DNA of 64,000 nucleotides from Yuukianura sp. NJ FZ-2021 (Eukaryota): NCBI GenBank assembly GCA_046563655.1, contig CM102290.1, positions 7,254,001 to 7,318,000 of the forward strand, read 5' to 3'. Shown piece by piece: positions 26,801 to 39,002 of this stretch (position 1 is its first letter; each line of letters starts with the position of its first letter). The notes under the pieces were generated by a model. It saw only the letters and a program-made list of their open reading frames with translations, ran no database searches and was not told where the DNA came from. The position numbers and the translations under genes were made by a program.

Positions 26801-27122
26801 GATATAATGAGTGGGAGAATGAGCATTTTGAGCATGCGCATCAAAAGTTCCCCAGGAAATGAAATGAGCTCAATCGTATCCATGGATAGTTCGAAGTAGC
26901 GACAGAGAAAACCGCATACAAAACCCACAGCCACGCCAAGAATAGTCAGCATCAGCAGGGCATTTGTGAGCACCCATTCCTTGACCTGCGACGTTTTCAA
27001 AAATGAGTGTCGAAATTTCGAAAACATTTTGAAAAAAGCTTCTACTTGTATACCAGCTGAGCACAAGAGGTCTCGTGCTGTGCGTAGCGGATGTACTGCG
27101 AATCCAGTGGCTCACCCATCAT
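23886..27122 (-). CDS. Eaat2: SLC1/DAACS excitatory amino acid transporter, EAAT2-like, multi-exon (N-terminus may extend upstream)
   Basis: Spliced motifs: [58 protein letters not shown] (HP1), [22 protein letters not shown] (TM7), [15 protein letters not shown] (HP2), [24 protein letters not shown] (TM8). Stop TAA at 23886-23888. A splice acceptor sits just upstream of the ATG at 27122. The family call is firm; the EAAT2 subtype is from remembered similarity. Confidence 0.92.
25325..25635. repeat. Degenerate ~41-bp tandem repeat in an EAAT intron
   Basis: Units of the form GTCAGAWAA...GGTCARCCGGTTTATAYCGCRCAW start at 25325, 25366 and 25408, and decay towards about 25635 (CGGTCAGC cores). 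Confidence 0.65.
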
Positions 27123-30100
27123 TACCGTAGGGCTAACAATTGAAAAGGTTAAAATAAAATCAATTTTACAGTTTTAGTGTTGATTTAAAAAAGAAACTGT
27201 TTCAGTGTTTTGCAAATTTTAAATAATATTCGTGTGAAACCATAATGGAGTGGGGTTTTGTAATTTTATTACGGAGAAAGTTTCATGAGAGCTTTCAGAC
27301 ATGTGCATGAAAATTCGTCCTACAAAACAGCATGTTAAGTTCATTTTGGTTACGAAAAATGTACAGTTGGCTCATTAACAACCTGATATCTGGAAATTAC
27401 AAAGTACTTTTCAAATTTTTGAAAAAGAAAAACTCAATGCCACCAAATTTTCAAGTGAGCTTGATTGTCATATCGAACAACAACCAAAATGGGGAGAAGA
27501 TGAAGTTCCGGGTTTTTGAGAATTTAAAATAAAGGAAGTTTTTGAGCATTTTAAAAACAAGTTTTTTACAAAGACGTTTTTTTTTGTAAAATGTGGAAGG
27601 CGGTAAAGACTTTTTGTGATATTGGGTTTTCATGCCTTTGACTTGACCTCAATTTTCTATTTACCGAGCAAACATGAACTTTCAACTCCTTCACACAGTT
27701 CTTCGGTGGTGCTTCAAGAACTTCACAAAAAGAATCTCCGATAGACACAAAAAGTTCACTTTGTTAGAACTCTTTTTTTTCTAGAAAACGAAGAAAGTTT
27801 AGATAAAAAAAAAGAAAAAGAGGGAGCTCGGCAAATGAAAAGCAACGGTGGTTGTCTTTTTTTTTGCGAAAATGCGAAATATTTGCTTGGCTGCAGAAAA
27901 TCTCAACCCAGTTTTCTTTTTTCTAAAATTTTAAAACGCATGCTCATCCTCCTTTCCAATTAAATTCAAAGCGCTCTTCTAAGAAGAGATGTTAAAACCA
28001 AGGTTGCTTTCCATTGTTTTGCTTTAAGAGGCTTGGCAATAAGTCCTGTTTACGACAAAATTCGCTCCAAACAATTTTTTCCCCAATTTTCGCCCAATCC
28101 CATTTGATTGCATATAAATCATTACCATAGGAAGGCACGGTGAACCAAGTTTTGCTAATTTTTAAACAAAATTTAAAACGCTTGAGTTATTGCCTAACCT
28201 GTTGAAGAAAAAACTATTTTCTTGTTTACAAACCTTAGTTAAAACTACGAATCAGAAAATTCGTTGTTGTTTTTTGTTACAATTTCATTTTGGAAAACTT
28301 GTACGATTTCTGGCAATAACAAAATTTTAAGTGCCTTCAAAGCTTTACCTTAATTGAATTCTGTTCTAAAATTACCTTAGTGTTCCTCTGCAAGCTTGTT
28401 CGGAGTGTTTGTTTTACCGTGAGTCGTTACACAAAATTTATGTTTCCATTTTTCTTTGAAATTTCAAAAATTCATCAGATATTTGAATTGAATGACTCAA
28501 AAATTTATTTCCTCAGTTGGAATTTGAAACTAATCTGGCCGGAGGATTTCATGCCTTAGCTATATAGAAATCTTTCGTTTGCGCCTTCCTTTCAACAGCT
28601 TTCGCGTGATTATGGTAACTCTGTCCCAATGCTTTCCAGATACAATTCATATAACTTTTCGTGGTACCACGCCACTACCATAAAACTGAACGAAATACGC
28701 GGGAAATCTGAAAATTTCAAAAGAAGCGACTTTTTGGGGCGCAAGGAAGATGTGAGTGACAGCCTGACAGCAGAAATCGATGGGCTGGTGGCACTTTCTA
28801 TTCATCTCTCTCAGATTTGAACTTACACAGAGAAAGTATTTTTGGATCCACTACAACATATTGCAACAAAAACATTTTCCACGCCTGAACTAACGAAAAT
28901 TTTCGCAAATTGCGCAGACATTCATGTATTACAAATTTTACAACATAAAAACTTGAAATTTTAAAACTGTATAATCGTAAAATTCATTTGATGGGTGCAA
29001 TTCATTTACCTACCGAGTGTTTCAAGCCCCCTAGTAATTTTAATTAGATAATTTTCTAAATTTTACGAATTTTTAGTGCTTTCCCCCATCTCACAGCATT
29101 GGACCACCCACGCTTTAAAGGAATTTACTCCCCACCCAAGAGAAAATTTTTACGGGGGGTAATGGTGCACTCTCTTCATAATTTCTGCAAAACTTGGAGA
29201 AAGTAAGAATTCCTGTCTTAGAACCTTTAGGTAAAGAAACTTTTTTTTAAGTTTTTTTTTTTATAAGAAATTATTTTCTGAATATGTAAACTTTTTCCAA
29301 AGTAAAATTCGATACTCTTTTATTAGATTTTGAGTTTAGGGCATCTTCACTGAGCTTCTTAATTTTGTCTGCTTATCGTAAACTGAATCGAAGGAGGCAA
29401 AATCCAAAAAAGAGACTTTGATTGGAACTCGATTCTGCAAATATGTTCAAATGAAGCAAAGCGAAACGGTGAGAAATGGAAAAAGTTAATCGAATCTCAA
29501 CAGAAACGAATCACTTCCAGAAGAAACTTTTTCGTTTAAAAAATCGGAAAAACCCGCCTACTTCTTTAAACTTTTCAAGGAAAAAAAAGGAAATGAAGAA
29601 AGGCGGGAAAGCACATTTTTCGTTCAGAATTGAAAAGTTGTTTTGCGAAGTACTAACAACTCTTATTAAAGTTCTAATTAGCGATATTTCGAAAAATGAA
29701 AGAAAAAAGAAATTATTAATAAAATGTAATTCATATTAAGTAAATACAAATTGCAAAAGTATTGATGAGCATGTCAGAGGATAGGAAAACACGCTGACTG
29801 AGTTATTTTAAATGTCGAAATTTTGGAGAGATCCAAACCTTCACACGTTGTGGCTTCCAGGGAATTAGAGTGAAAGTTTCTGACCTCAACTGCTCTCATC
29901 GAAATGAAAAGAGTATATTATATAATATAAATAATTATTTTATATAAAATATATAACACAAGAAATTGTTCTCTTCATATGAAGAGTGCTTAACCTAATT
30001 AACCCTACTAAACACTATGCCTATTTTCTGATTTGATGAATTATTTGTGAGAGTTCTCTCCCTCTCGAGTGCTTTCTATACTTTCCCGTTTTTAATTAGT

Positions 30101-32453
30101 GCAAAAAGTTTTTCAAAACGCTTTACTGCTAAAGATTTTAATTTAGAAAAAAGTTTCCAAAAAGAAAGTTAAGAAAAAGTTTTTCAGAAGGACAAAGCGA
30201 AATTTCAAAAATAAAGCCCGCATTAGAAGCTGTAGAATTAGTTACACTTACTGTGAGAAGGTGCAATAATAATGTTCAGCGAAAAATAGACACCAACAAA
30301 CTCTCAAGTTTATTTATTTTCAAAATTGTGGGGGGTGATGAGTACCAAAATAAAAAAAAACACTTTGCGCAATATAAATTCGTTTAAACGTATTTCGTTT
30401 TTTGGTCTCAATCTCCCCCCAGAAATCGCAAATTTAAAAAAAAATGCCATGGAAACGATTTCGAGGTGTCTCCGTCGATTTCGAAGCCGGGGCATTTTGA
30501 GAATCAGTATAACTCGGGTCAACAGAATATTTTTTTTTATTTGTGCGGAGGGTTGTCTTGATTTAAACAACGTTTGCGCTTGAAGGTTGCATTAACTTAA
30601 TGTTTTGATAAACGGCAAAAAAAACATAATAGTATTTTCTTTTTTCGAGACTTGGAGGGAGTAACTATGTTGAATCCTTTGTTATGGTTGGAGTCCATTT
30701 GGCCGATGTTCCTTGAGGGAGAGAATTCATGTGGATAATGTGATGTGGACGCGAGGAAGATAATGGACAGAATGGATCCATGACAACGGCCCATGTAAGG
30801 GAATTCTTCTTCAGTTGGGCAAGGTTACCCACCCTTGCTTTCACTACTGACCCCCCTTCTTCCAACCTCCTGCTCGAGAGAAAGCTCCTATTTCTCGCTT
30901 CCTTTCTTTTTGGCAGAGAAACATATCAAATAATCTCTAACCATTTCCACCTCAAAGAACCTCCGAGCCACACACACTGCATCTCAAATAGCCAAATCTA
31001 CAGGGCGACTCAAAATGCACACCAGAAACGAAAACGATACCACGCGTGAAGGCGCCACGTGAATACGTCGTCGAAACACAGAGTGGAAATTTCCGGACAG
31101 TGTGAGACTGAAAATAAAAAATTTTGACTGCTAACTTACGATTTTTTGTAAAAATAAGAATGAAAAAAATGAAAATGTCGAAGTTAGTTAAAACTTTAGT
31201 TACGTTAAAAGTTAAAACGTTGGTTTCGCCTTTTTTCAAAATAAACATTGGAAAATTTCACCTGTCGTGAAAAAGAAACTGGAAAACAGCAGGTGAAATT
31301 TCCATTTTCCTCAAAAAAAAAAATTCTCATATTTTTTCGTTACCCAGTGTAGATTGTAAACTGCTTTTCACTTTGAGCTTTATTTTTGAAACACACTGCA
31401 TATTTGAACCCAGCGAATTCTGGCCACAGAAAAAAATCAGAAACCAAACGGTTGACAAAGCAGCAGTGGTCACGCCGACTTTGAAAAAATGTCAAAAGTG
31501 ATCTCAAATGCAGAAACGTCCCTATTCACTTTAATTGACACGAAACTAACGCAAAACAAATAAAACAACAACAGAAGAAAATGGAGGCAAAATCAGGGTT
31601 CAAATTTCCGCCAACTTTGACCTTGATAGAAGATGGCGCTTTTAGTGTCTCAACTAGTCGTACTACCGGAAACGGAAGTTTAATTAAGTCCATTAGAAAT
31701 TGTCAGTAAGAAGGCCACGGAGAAAGCTCTCCAACACAGCAAAAGTTGGATCACATCCAAAAATCACGGGCTTTTGCACAAACTACGTCACCAAAAACCA
31801 CCCGTTTCACCACCCACCCACCATTCATAATCAAGCATTAACCTAGTATTTTTACTACACCACATTTTCCATCCTTCACTCACCCACCGAAATTACGTAA
31901 TATGTGAACAATCTTTGCTGTGGTAAGGTGGTTTGTAGTAAGAAAATAGCAGAAGTGGTTAGTTTTGAGATGAATTTATGCCTTTCACGACAGTTTCTCT
32001 CTCTTTTTAAGCTACCCTTCACTTTTTACTTTGATTCCCTAAAGTGAAATGGTGTTTAAGGAAAACACTGTAAGTGAAAGATGAAGTGAAAGGAGACGCG
32101 AGCACGTCGACGTGTATGACGTGGAAACGTGACCTCGGCCTATCGAGACCGTGTTCACTGTTCAGAGGCGGTCGCACCACAAATTTTCAACTTTGAGTTT
32201 TTTTTTCGAAACGGTTTTTGTCGAAACTGCTGTGTTTGCGAATGTAATTTTTGGTTCGACATTTTTGGTATATGACACGCGACTACCCCCTCCTCCCCCT
32301 CACCACCCACACTGTGTGGATAGCGAAATTCCTTTGAAATATTCTCCCTCTTTTCTCTACCGTTACTCAGCTTCATTTGCACCTTAAAGAAATGTACACC
32401 CATGTCCCACTGCTTATTGCTTTCTTTTTTAGCTTCATTTGTTGAAACTGTCA

Positions 32454-32698
32454 TGCTCGGTTCTACCATTATTGCAGGTTAAAGTTAAATGGAGTTCAGT
32501 GAAAACTAGTTCCACCTTTAAACTCAATTAACTTAATTATGCGTCAATTAATGTTGGGATGCAAGGTATCAAAATTCTTGTATTCCTAATAAATTCCGGT
32601 TAAATTTAATCGGCCGATTTTTTCCAGTTAAATTTTTTAATCTCCGGTTAAATATTTAAACTCAGTTTAAGTTTAGCCTGCAATGGTAGAACCGGGCA
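32454..32698. mobile_element. Tourist/PIF-Harbinger-like MITE, 245 bp
   Basis: TIR TGCTCGGTTCTACCATTATTGCAGGTTAAAGTTAAA matches TTTAAGTTTAGCCTGCAATGGTAGAACCGGGCA. 3-bp direct repeat TCA on both flanks (32451-32453 and 32699-32701). Interior is rich in TTAA. Confidence 0.8.
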
Positions 32699-32809
32699 TC
32701 AGTATAGTATCACTCAAACTTTATTAAAGAAATCACAAAATTCAAAAACTCAGCGGGTAGGAAGGTCTTATTCCGCCAAAACACTTTGTTCCTCAAACGG
32801 AAGACTGGT

Positions 32810-32937
32810 CTTCCAGGAGCGGCTGTTTATAGAGATATGTCCATGGACCGTCCATGGGAGTTTCTCTTTAAAAGGACGTCCATGGACGTAGTTCCCATAC
32901 GTCCTCAGTCCGTCCATAAAGTTTCTGTTCCTGGAAG
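32810..32937. repeat. Short imperfect inverted repeat with internal GTCCATGGAC palindromes (probable MITE relic)
   Basis: Ends CTTCCAGGA...TCCTGGAAG. GTCCATGGAC and ACGTCCATGGACGT lie inside. Confidence 0.5.
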
Positions 32938-34648
32938 GAACTAAGAAGTTGTTTATCTTTGAAAACTTGGAAAGCTATTCACCCAAACTAAAATTGAAAA
33001 GCCTTGCAGAAGTATGAGTCCCAGGAGAGAATGGAGGGATTTTGAGTTGTCATGGCAACTTCCCAAATAAGGATTTAAAACCAATGGAACTGCGAGTTTC
33101 AAAAGACCTTTCAAGCACAAAACTGGAACAGAAAAAACACTTATACTCTTTCAAATTTTTCTTTTGCTTTTTTTTTCTAGGGATTCAGACAAGTACGTCA
33201 AAAGAGAGATGAAGGATGAAAGGCAGGTGAAAAAGGACAAATGTGACACAGGATATGTTACGTAAAATCAATATCAGTAAGGTAGCAGCATTTATAAAAA
33301 TCTTAAAATTTACAAAAATTAAACTAAAAAAAAGCTTTTAGTTCAGGAAAAGGTGGTTCAAGAGTTAAATTTCAAAAACAGTAACTTGCCTGGGGCTAAA
33401 GAAGTTCTAAGCAAAAAGTCGACAATCTTCCAGATTTTGTTTTCTTTTTTTGAAATGTTTAAGCTTTGTTGTATTGATGTGATTGGTTATCTGATATGAC
33501 GTTTGAAATTTCGAGATCTGGCGGTAGTTAAAATTTTGGATTGGGATATGTATAATTGGTGTATTTGATATTTTGCAAATCTTGAGTCACATATTGCTTC
33601 AGAATTTTTGACGGGACACTTCCATGGCTGATGGTTAGAAGTGGACTGAGTTTCAACATGAAGTGAAAGTTATTGCTCGAAGGAGGAGAGGGCAGGGAGA
33701 AAGCGGCAGCTTATGACCAATCAGAAAACAGCTTAGTTTTGCACAAAAGAATGCAATCTTTGATACCACTGATTTAATTCAGCTGTGAAGGTGAAAATTT
33801 AATAACGAACGAACAACAAATAAAAAGCTCGTTTGAAACTATGTTGATTTATAGTTAATCCTAGCTAAATCTACAATGAACGTTTAGTAAACGTGCTTTT
33901 GACCTCCAGCAGTGTGACCTTGATCTCTAAACGCCGTCTCCCGAGAGTAACATTTTCAGCGTCTTTACCGCTTTGCCGCTTCTGGATCGCCCTCCCTCCA
34001 AAACTCTCATGGCATCGTACATGAATCACAAGCACAAGCAACACACTTTACATTTTGAAAAAATTCAAAATTTCAATTTAACTTTTTCGCTGAATCTTCC
34101 TACATACTATTTTTGTTTTCAGGTAAAAATAAGCAGTAGTAAAAAGACATACCTACACATACAGTAATTACAGAAACTAAAATACAGAAAAACTAAAAGA
34201 CCGAAAATGATGTCATCGTTGAATTGGGAAGCCAACGTTAAATTTTTATTAACCTTGCGAACTAATTTTAGTAGTTTTGAAGCGAATTTACTGTCGCTAT
34301 TAATTTTAGCTTCTTAGTTTACCAAAAACCTAACTTTAGCTCTAACTGGAATGATTAATTCATAGCAGCGGAGATGCTGGAGTAGCTGGAGGTTGTTGTT
34401 TGACGTGTGACCTCGGGTCATTGTTCCAACTGGTCCATTATGTGGTTTTAGAGTTCACTTGTGATGCTGCCTTGGATCCTGTCCTGGATGTGTCTGCCAG
34501 TGACAATGGACTTCAATGCCATTTACACCTGCACAAACTAAATTTCGACTTTAACTTTAGTTAACTAACTACAATTGGGCAGATTCTAGTTTGAAATTAT
34601 AATTTTAGTTTTTGATTAACCGTCACGCTCCAGCGCATACTTTTTGGT

Positions 34649-34687
34649 TATAAAACTGTTCCAGTTGGAAGTTAACGTAATTCAGTT
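34649..34687 (+). promoter_or_regulatory. Candidate TATA box plus arthropod initiator for the orphan secreted gene
   Basis: TATAAAA at 34649-34655 and TCAGTT at 34682-34687, about 25 nt before the ATG at 34712. Spacing is slightly longer than canonical. Confidence 0.55.
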
Positions 34688-34711
34688 AAAAAATAAAACT
34701 ACGCTTTCAAT

Positions 34712-35322
34712 ATGGAGATAAAAACTACCATATTGATCCTCCTTCTTGGAGCGATTACGGTATCGACGCTCGCCCGAACTGCTAATCTGGAGAAAAGGTA
34801 AGTTTTGAAGCAAAAGTTTTCTTGATTTGTTTTTCATTTTATAGAAAAAAAAACCCTACATAACTTTTTGTAAGCAGTTTCCTTTGAAAGATTTTTTGAA
34901 ATTTTTTGAGTTCCAAAATGTTGGTTTGTTCCTTTAGACAAACTAAAGCCGGATCATACTCGGAAGTTCACATTACGGTAGGTGAGGATCCTTATTTTCT
35001 ATACCACGTAGACGGGTCAACGGTTGGACCAGACAGGATCAGTATTTCTGGTGACTACTTCAACGATGCTGCCAATGGTTACGGGCACACCGATTTGTTC
35101 TTGGCAGCAGAACCACGAATTGCCAACTACCGCTGGGAAATTGACTACGACCGAAACGAACTCTGGTACTATATTCTGAACTCAAGGGGATGGGAGTTCC
35201 AGTACCGGATTCGGGTACCGAACGGTGTCCTGGTCGACCGTGATCTTCGAGGGTACGATCACAATTTGACGGCAATCCTCGTCAGAGGACCATCTCGCAA
35301 TAGCCGCTACTGGGGATTGTAA
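34712..35322 (+). CDS. Orphan secreted protein, 156 aa, two exons (34712-34797, 34938-35322)
   Basis: Exon 1 encodes MEIKTTILILLLGAITVSTLARTANLEK(R), a signal peptide plus short propeptide, and ends at AG|GTAAGT. Acceptor CTTTAG at 34937 is in matching phase. Exon 2 is open: QTKAGSYSEVHITV...NSRYWGL-TAA. Confidence 0.85.
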
Positions 35323-35839
35323 ATACCGCGGCAAATCCTACATTACCAGACGCAACTTGCACCTAATGTTTACAAACACACATAATGTAACACACGTAAA
35401 CGTTTTCCTAGTCTTTACCAAACATTCGGCTATATTATGTAAACCAATACTGCTCATCCGTTTCTAATCCGATCTTAACCAAATCGGCCGTATCAAACCC
35501 ATCCAGACGCACATCAAGTGTCCCTATTACGTACCTAGCCGTTGTGCTTGATCTGCAACTAACATATGCCAAATCATGTACCTACCTTATCCATCATGTA
35601 ACCTGCATGATCTGTACCAAATTCTGCCGCGTACCAAACCCTGTACCTAACCATGTACTATAAAAATCAAGTAGTTACCTAAATTATTTAGACAAAAGGG
35701 AATTGATTAAAATTTTAAAACCGTAACTTTATTGCTTGTCGTTGAATAGCAAAGTTGTTGCACAATGCAATTTGAGAAAAATTCAAATTTTGTCCATTTT
35801 GGCGCCGTTTTTAGGCGTCTATATATCACGTGACCTAAT

Positions 35840-36268
35840 CTAACTCCCTCTGTAAGTGGAGAATCCAAACGGACTGAGTAAAATGGGTACGTGGTAGTGT
35901 TGACTTGGATCCTGGATGGTAAAGACCACTTCAATGAAGGGGTAGAACGTGGGGGTACCAAGTCTGGCATAGTACGTCTGCGTGTCAAAGTGGAACTTGT
36001 ACGTCCCGGGTGTAAATTCAACATCAGTCAACAACCGACCGATACGTCCATCTTGGTCAGTTTCCCTAAAAGTTGACACAAATTGTTAAGTTAAAGGATG
36101 GGTTAAAAGTTCAAGATGGGTTAGGTGAAAGGTTAAACCTAACCTTGAGACGATCTTGATCCAAGCCGAAGTTCCTGGTTCTAGTTTAAAGAGCGTCGTG
36201 GCCACGCCTACGGCTGGTTTGCCCAGACCTTGGTCTAGGACGTGTGACGTCAACGGATTGTCGGCCAT
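35840..36268 (-). CDS. Urah: 5-hydroxyisourate hydrolase (transthyretin-related protein); core two exons, with a probable extra upstream exon at 36578-36661
   Basis: PLTSHVLD...GKPA in exon 1, TDQDGR, then FYPFIEVVF...HYHVPILLSPFGFSTYRGS-stop. The C-terminal YRGS and the catalytic His/Arg/His residues identify an HIU hydrolase rather than transthyretin. Confidence 0.95.
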
Positions 36269-37868
36269 GGTACCCTTACCCTGTTCAATAAAAGTTCCAC
36301 AAAAACGTTCAAATTCTTGTAATTCATTTCCCAGTAATTTTTGAAAGTTAACGCGCTAGGTTGGAAATTTTTGGAGCCAGCATTCTACAAATCATTTTTG
36401 CACCAACCGCCTTTGAAGCTACAAGTGACGCTGCAGCGGTATAGCCCTAACCTTAACACAACTTCGCCTACATTAACATAGATCATGGCGCTTTTATTTG
36501 GAAATCTTTTGGCCACTGGAGGTCTTTTGGCATCAACATTAAATTTTGTTACTCTTAAAAAACCAGGATTCAATGACCTGACAAGCCGCAGAGGAATGCT
36601 GTGCTTTGTTGACGAAGAACACAGCGACCATGTACAACAGCGATAGGAAGTAGGCCATCATCCTTTAAACAGTTCAAAGGTCACAGGGTCACAGCACAAA
36701 GTCACAAGATCACGGCACACTTTCCGGGTTATTTAACTTTCTAATTTGTTTTAACTGTTGTCAAAACATCAGCTAACGAAGTGGCAGGGCGTACTTAACA
36801 ATTTCAAATCAGAACCAACCCTTTGCAACTAAAGGTTGTGATGCGAATTACTTTACTTTAGAATTTTGTGTTGATTAATTCAATCCATGTAGCAGTTTTG
36901 TACAAATAAGGAATTGTTTGAACTTTCTCTAGCTGTGCACCTCATCAGCTCCTTATGACTTATGTCAAAGGTGACAAAACATAGTTGACAAAGTCCATAA
37001 AAATAATATGTTAAATGAGCATATCCCCCCATATTCCATAGGTTTAACAAAAGTTTCATAACGGTTGAACGTCCTCGTAAAAAAAATTTTGCATTCGGAG
37101 GGGAACTACGATTGAACTGTTTCTGAATAAATCAAGCATAAGCCTCAGCGTTTGTGCTGACGGACGTGATTTTTCGTCCTTTGCATCAATTGAGTAAAAC
37201 AGCAAAACCTCACATCCTTTTAGCTTCTTTCTATACAAGATCATCAGCATAAAAAAATTACAGATTTTTGTTGCAACCTTCGCAAAAATTTAAAAAGAAA
37301 TCTACCATAACTCGGCGTTTTGCAAAATGATAAAGAGGCTTTTGAGGGAAAAGCGAAAAGAGACAAAGGGTTTTTCGAAAACCAAAAAATCAAGCGTAGC
37401 GTTGAAGCCGCAAGCAGTTGATGATTTTCCGAAAAAGAAAGTCTTTTGAAAGACAAATATTTTTTGAGAAAGAAAAAAAATTGACCCACATTATTCGTAC
37501 ACGGTTAGCGTTTTGGCTTGGTGAAATTTTTACAAAAAAGTATTTTGTGAATGCTAAATAAAAGACTTACAGATGGATGGTGACGCTGTTGATAATTTAG
37601 CAGCCAGCCAGCAACTGGTTAATCGACTTTTGATTTTGTCTCTTTTCTTGACAAATGTTAGCAGTTGGCATTGAGAAGTCACACAAAAAATTAAGGGTCA
37701 TGGCCAAGGTCATTGACCATTGACAAGTTATCAATCTTGGATAACCCACCAGGTCAAAAAATTGCCAAGTTTTTAGCAATGTGAAAAGCACATTTTGTAA
37801 AACGAAACTCTTATAGCTTCCTACATTTAAAAATTTAGAGTTTGTTGAGATACGATTTTTTTTAATAG

Positions 37869-38721
37869 GCAAATTCCTCTTTTCTTTGGAATTCCAGCAC
37901 TACGAAATTGCAATCAGCGACGGGAGGTTGCAAACTTCGGAGAAAATTTTCCATTTGTTGAGTGACACTTACTAGGCTATGCTGTACAACGTAAGATTGA
38001 GGATGAGGATATTTGCTTAACACCTCAAGGTCAAAGGTTGGGTACAACCCGATCCACTCCAGAATAAAGTCATCTTTATTTTAGTTTTTTTTTAACTTAG
38101 CAATAATTGCAGGGATTTGTTAAGATTATACAACGAAGTGAAGTACCGTCATTACACATTACGGCCGCCACAGTACATAAAAAATTAGACCCGCCTTAAG
38201 TTTCCATTCATATACTACGCAGACATGGAATGGGGTAATTGTAACCTACATCTGCGTCTAATAAAATAATTTACTAAAATATTTCTAAAATCATTATAAA
38301 ATAATAATTTTTGATCGCCATTGGTTGCATCAAAAATCTCATTCTGTATGTGAAATTCCTATTGCTAATTAGCATTTTGATTAATCAATCTTAGTACGGA
38401 TTAGTACAGTTTCCTCAAATTTAAACACAAGTTTTAATCGTATTACCAGTAGAAAATGTTGTTTTCGTAGGAACGATATAGATTTGTACCACTCTAATAA
38501 AATACTTTTGTTTTAAATTATAGGACACGCTCGCAGCATCTCATCTGGCAGACTCCATTTGAGAAAAAACGATGACTGCATTTTCATAGAGTTAGGTGCC
38601 AAAGGTGAACGACCCTGTCTGTCTATGCCATCGGGATATCACTTTTTCGACATTTCATCCACGGCTGGATATCCAGTGGAAGAAATGGATGAATCCAAAG
38701 GGGCGGAGCTTTGCCCGCGGG
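37869..38721 (+). pseudogene. Spliced pseudogene fragment of unknown family (at least 3 phase-compatible exons with in-frame stops)
   Basis: Exons 37869-38036, 38113-38234 and 38524-38721 have AG/GT boundaries and join in frame. They contain TGA at 37963-37965 and TAG at 38186-38188. A more degraded exon-like block lies at about 37662-37752. Confidence 0.5.
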
Positions 38722-38883
38722 GTATGAATAATTTGAAAATAATCAGAGGAAAGAATTCAAAAAAAAAACCTACAAAGGCAACAACAATCGTGCTAAAGCA
38801 TGTTCTAATACCAACACCAATTAGCAAAAGCGGTTTAAATAGTTAATTTAATTATAATATAGTATTTTATTTAAAGTGCTAAG

Positions 38884-39002
38884 TCTTGCTAAGTCTGAGG
38901 AACACATAAAATTTGTGCTTGATAAAATCTTGCTAAGGCTAAGGAACACCTAAAATTTCTGTTTGATGAAATCTGGGTAAGTCTGAGGAACACCTAAAAT
39001 TT
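38884..39002. repeat. 44-bp tandem repeat, about 2.7 copies
   Basis: TCTTGCTAAGTCTGAGGAACACATAAAATTTGTGCTTGATAAAA-like units start at 38884, 38928 and 38972. Confidence 0.85.

Noticed and set aside
35340..35660. Loosely periodic ACCAAA/GTACC-rich tract between the orphan gene and Urah
   Set aside because: Too degenerate to define a unit or boundaries by eye.
38884..39002. Possible CRISPR-like array (also considered for 25325-25635 and 49700-50095)
   Set aside because: Whole units repeat with no unique spacers, there are no cas genes and the context is eukaryotic.
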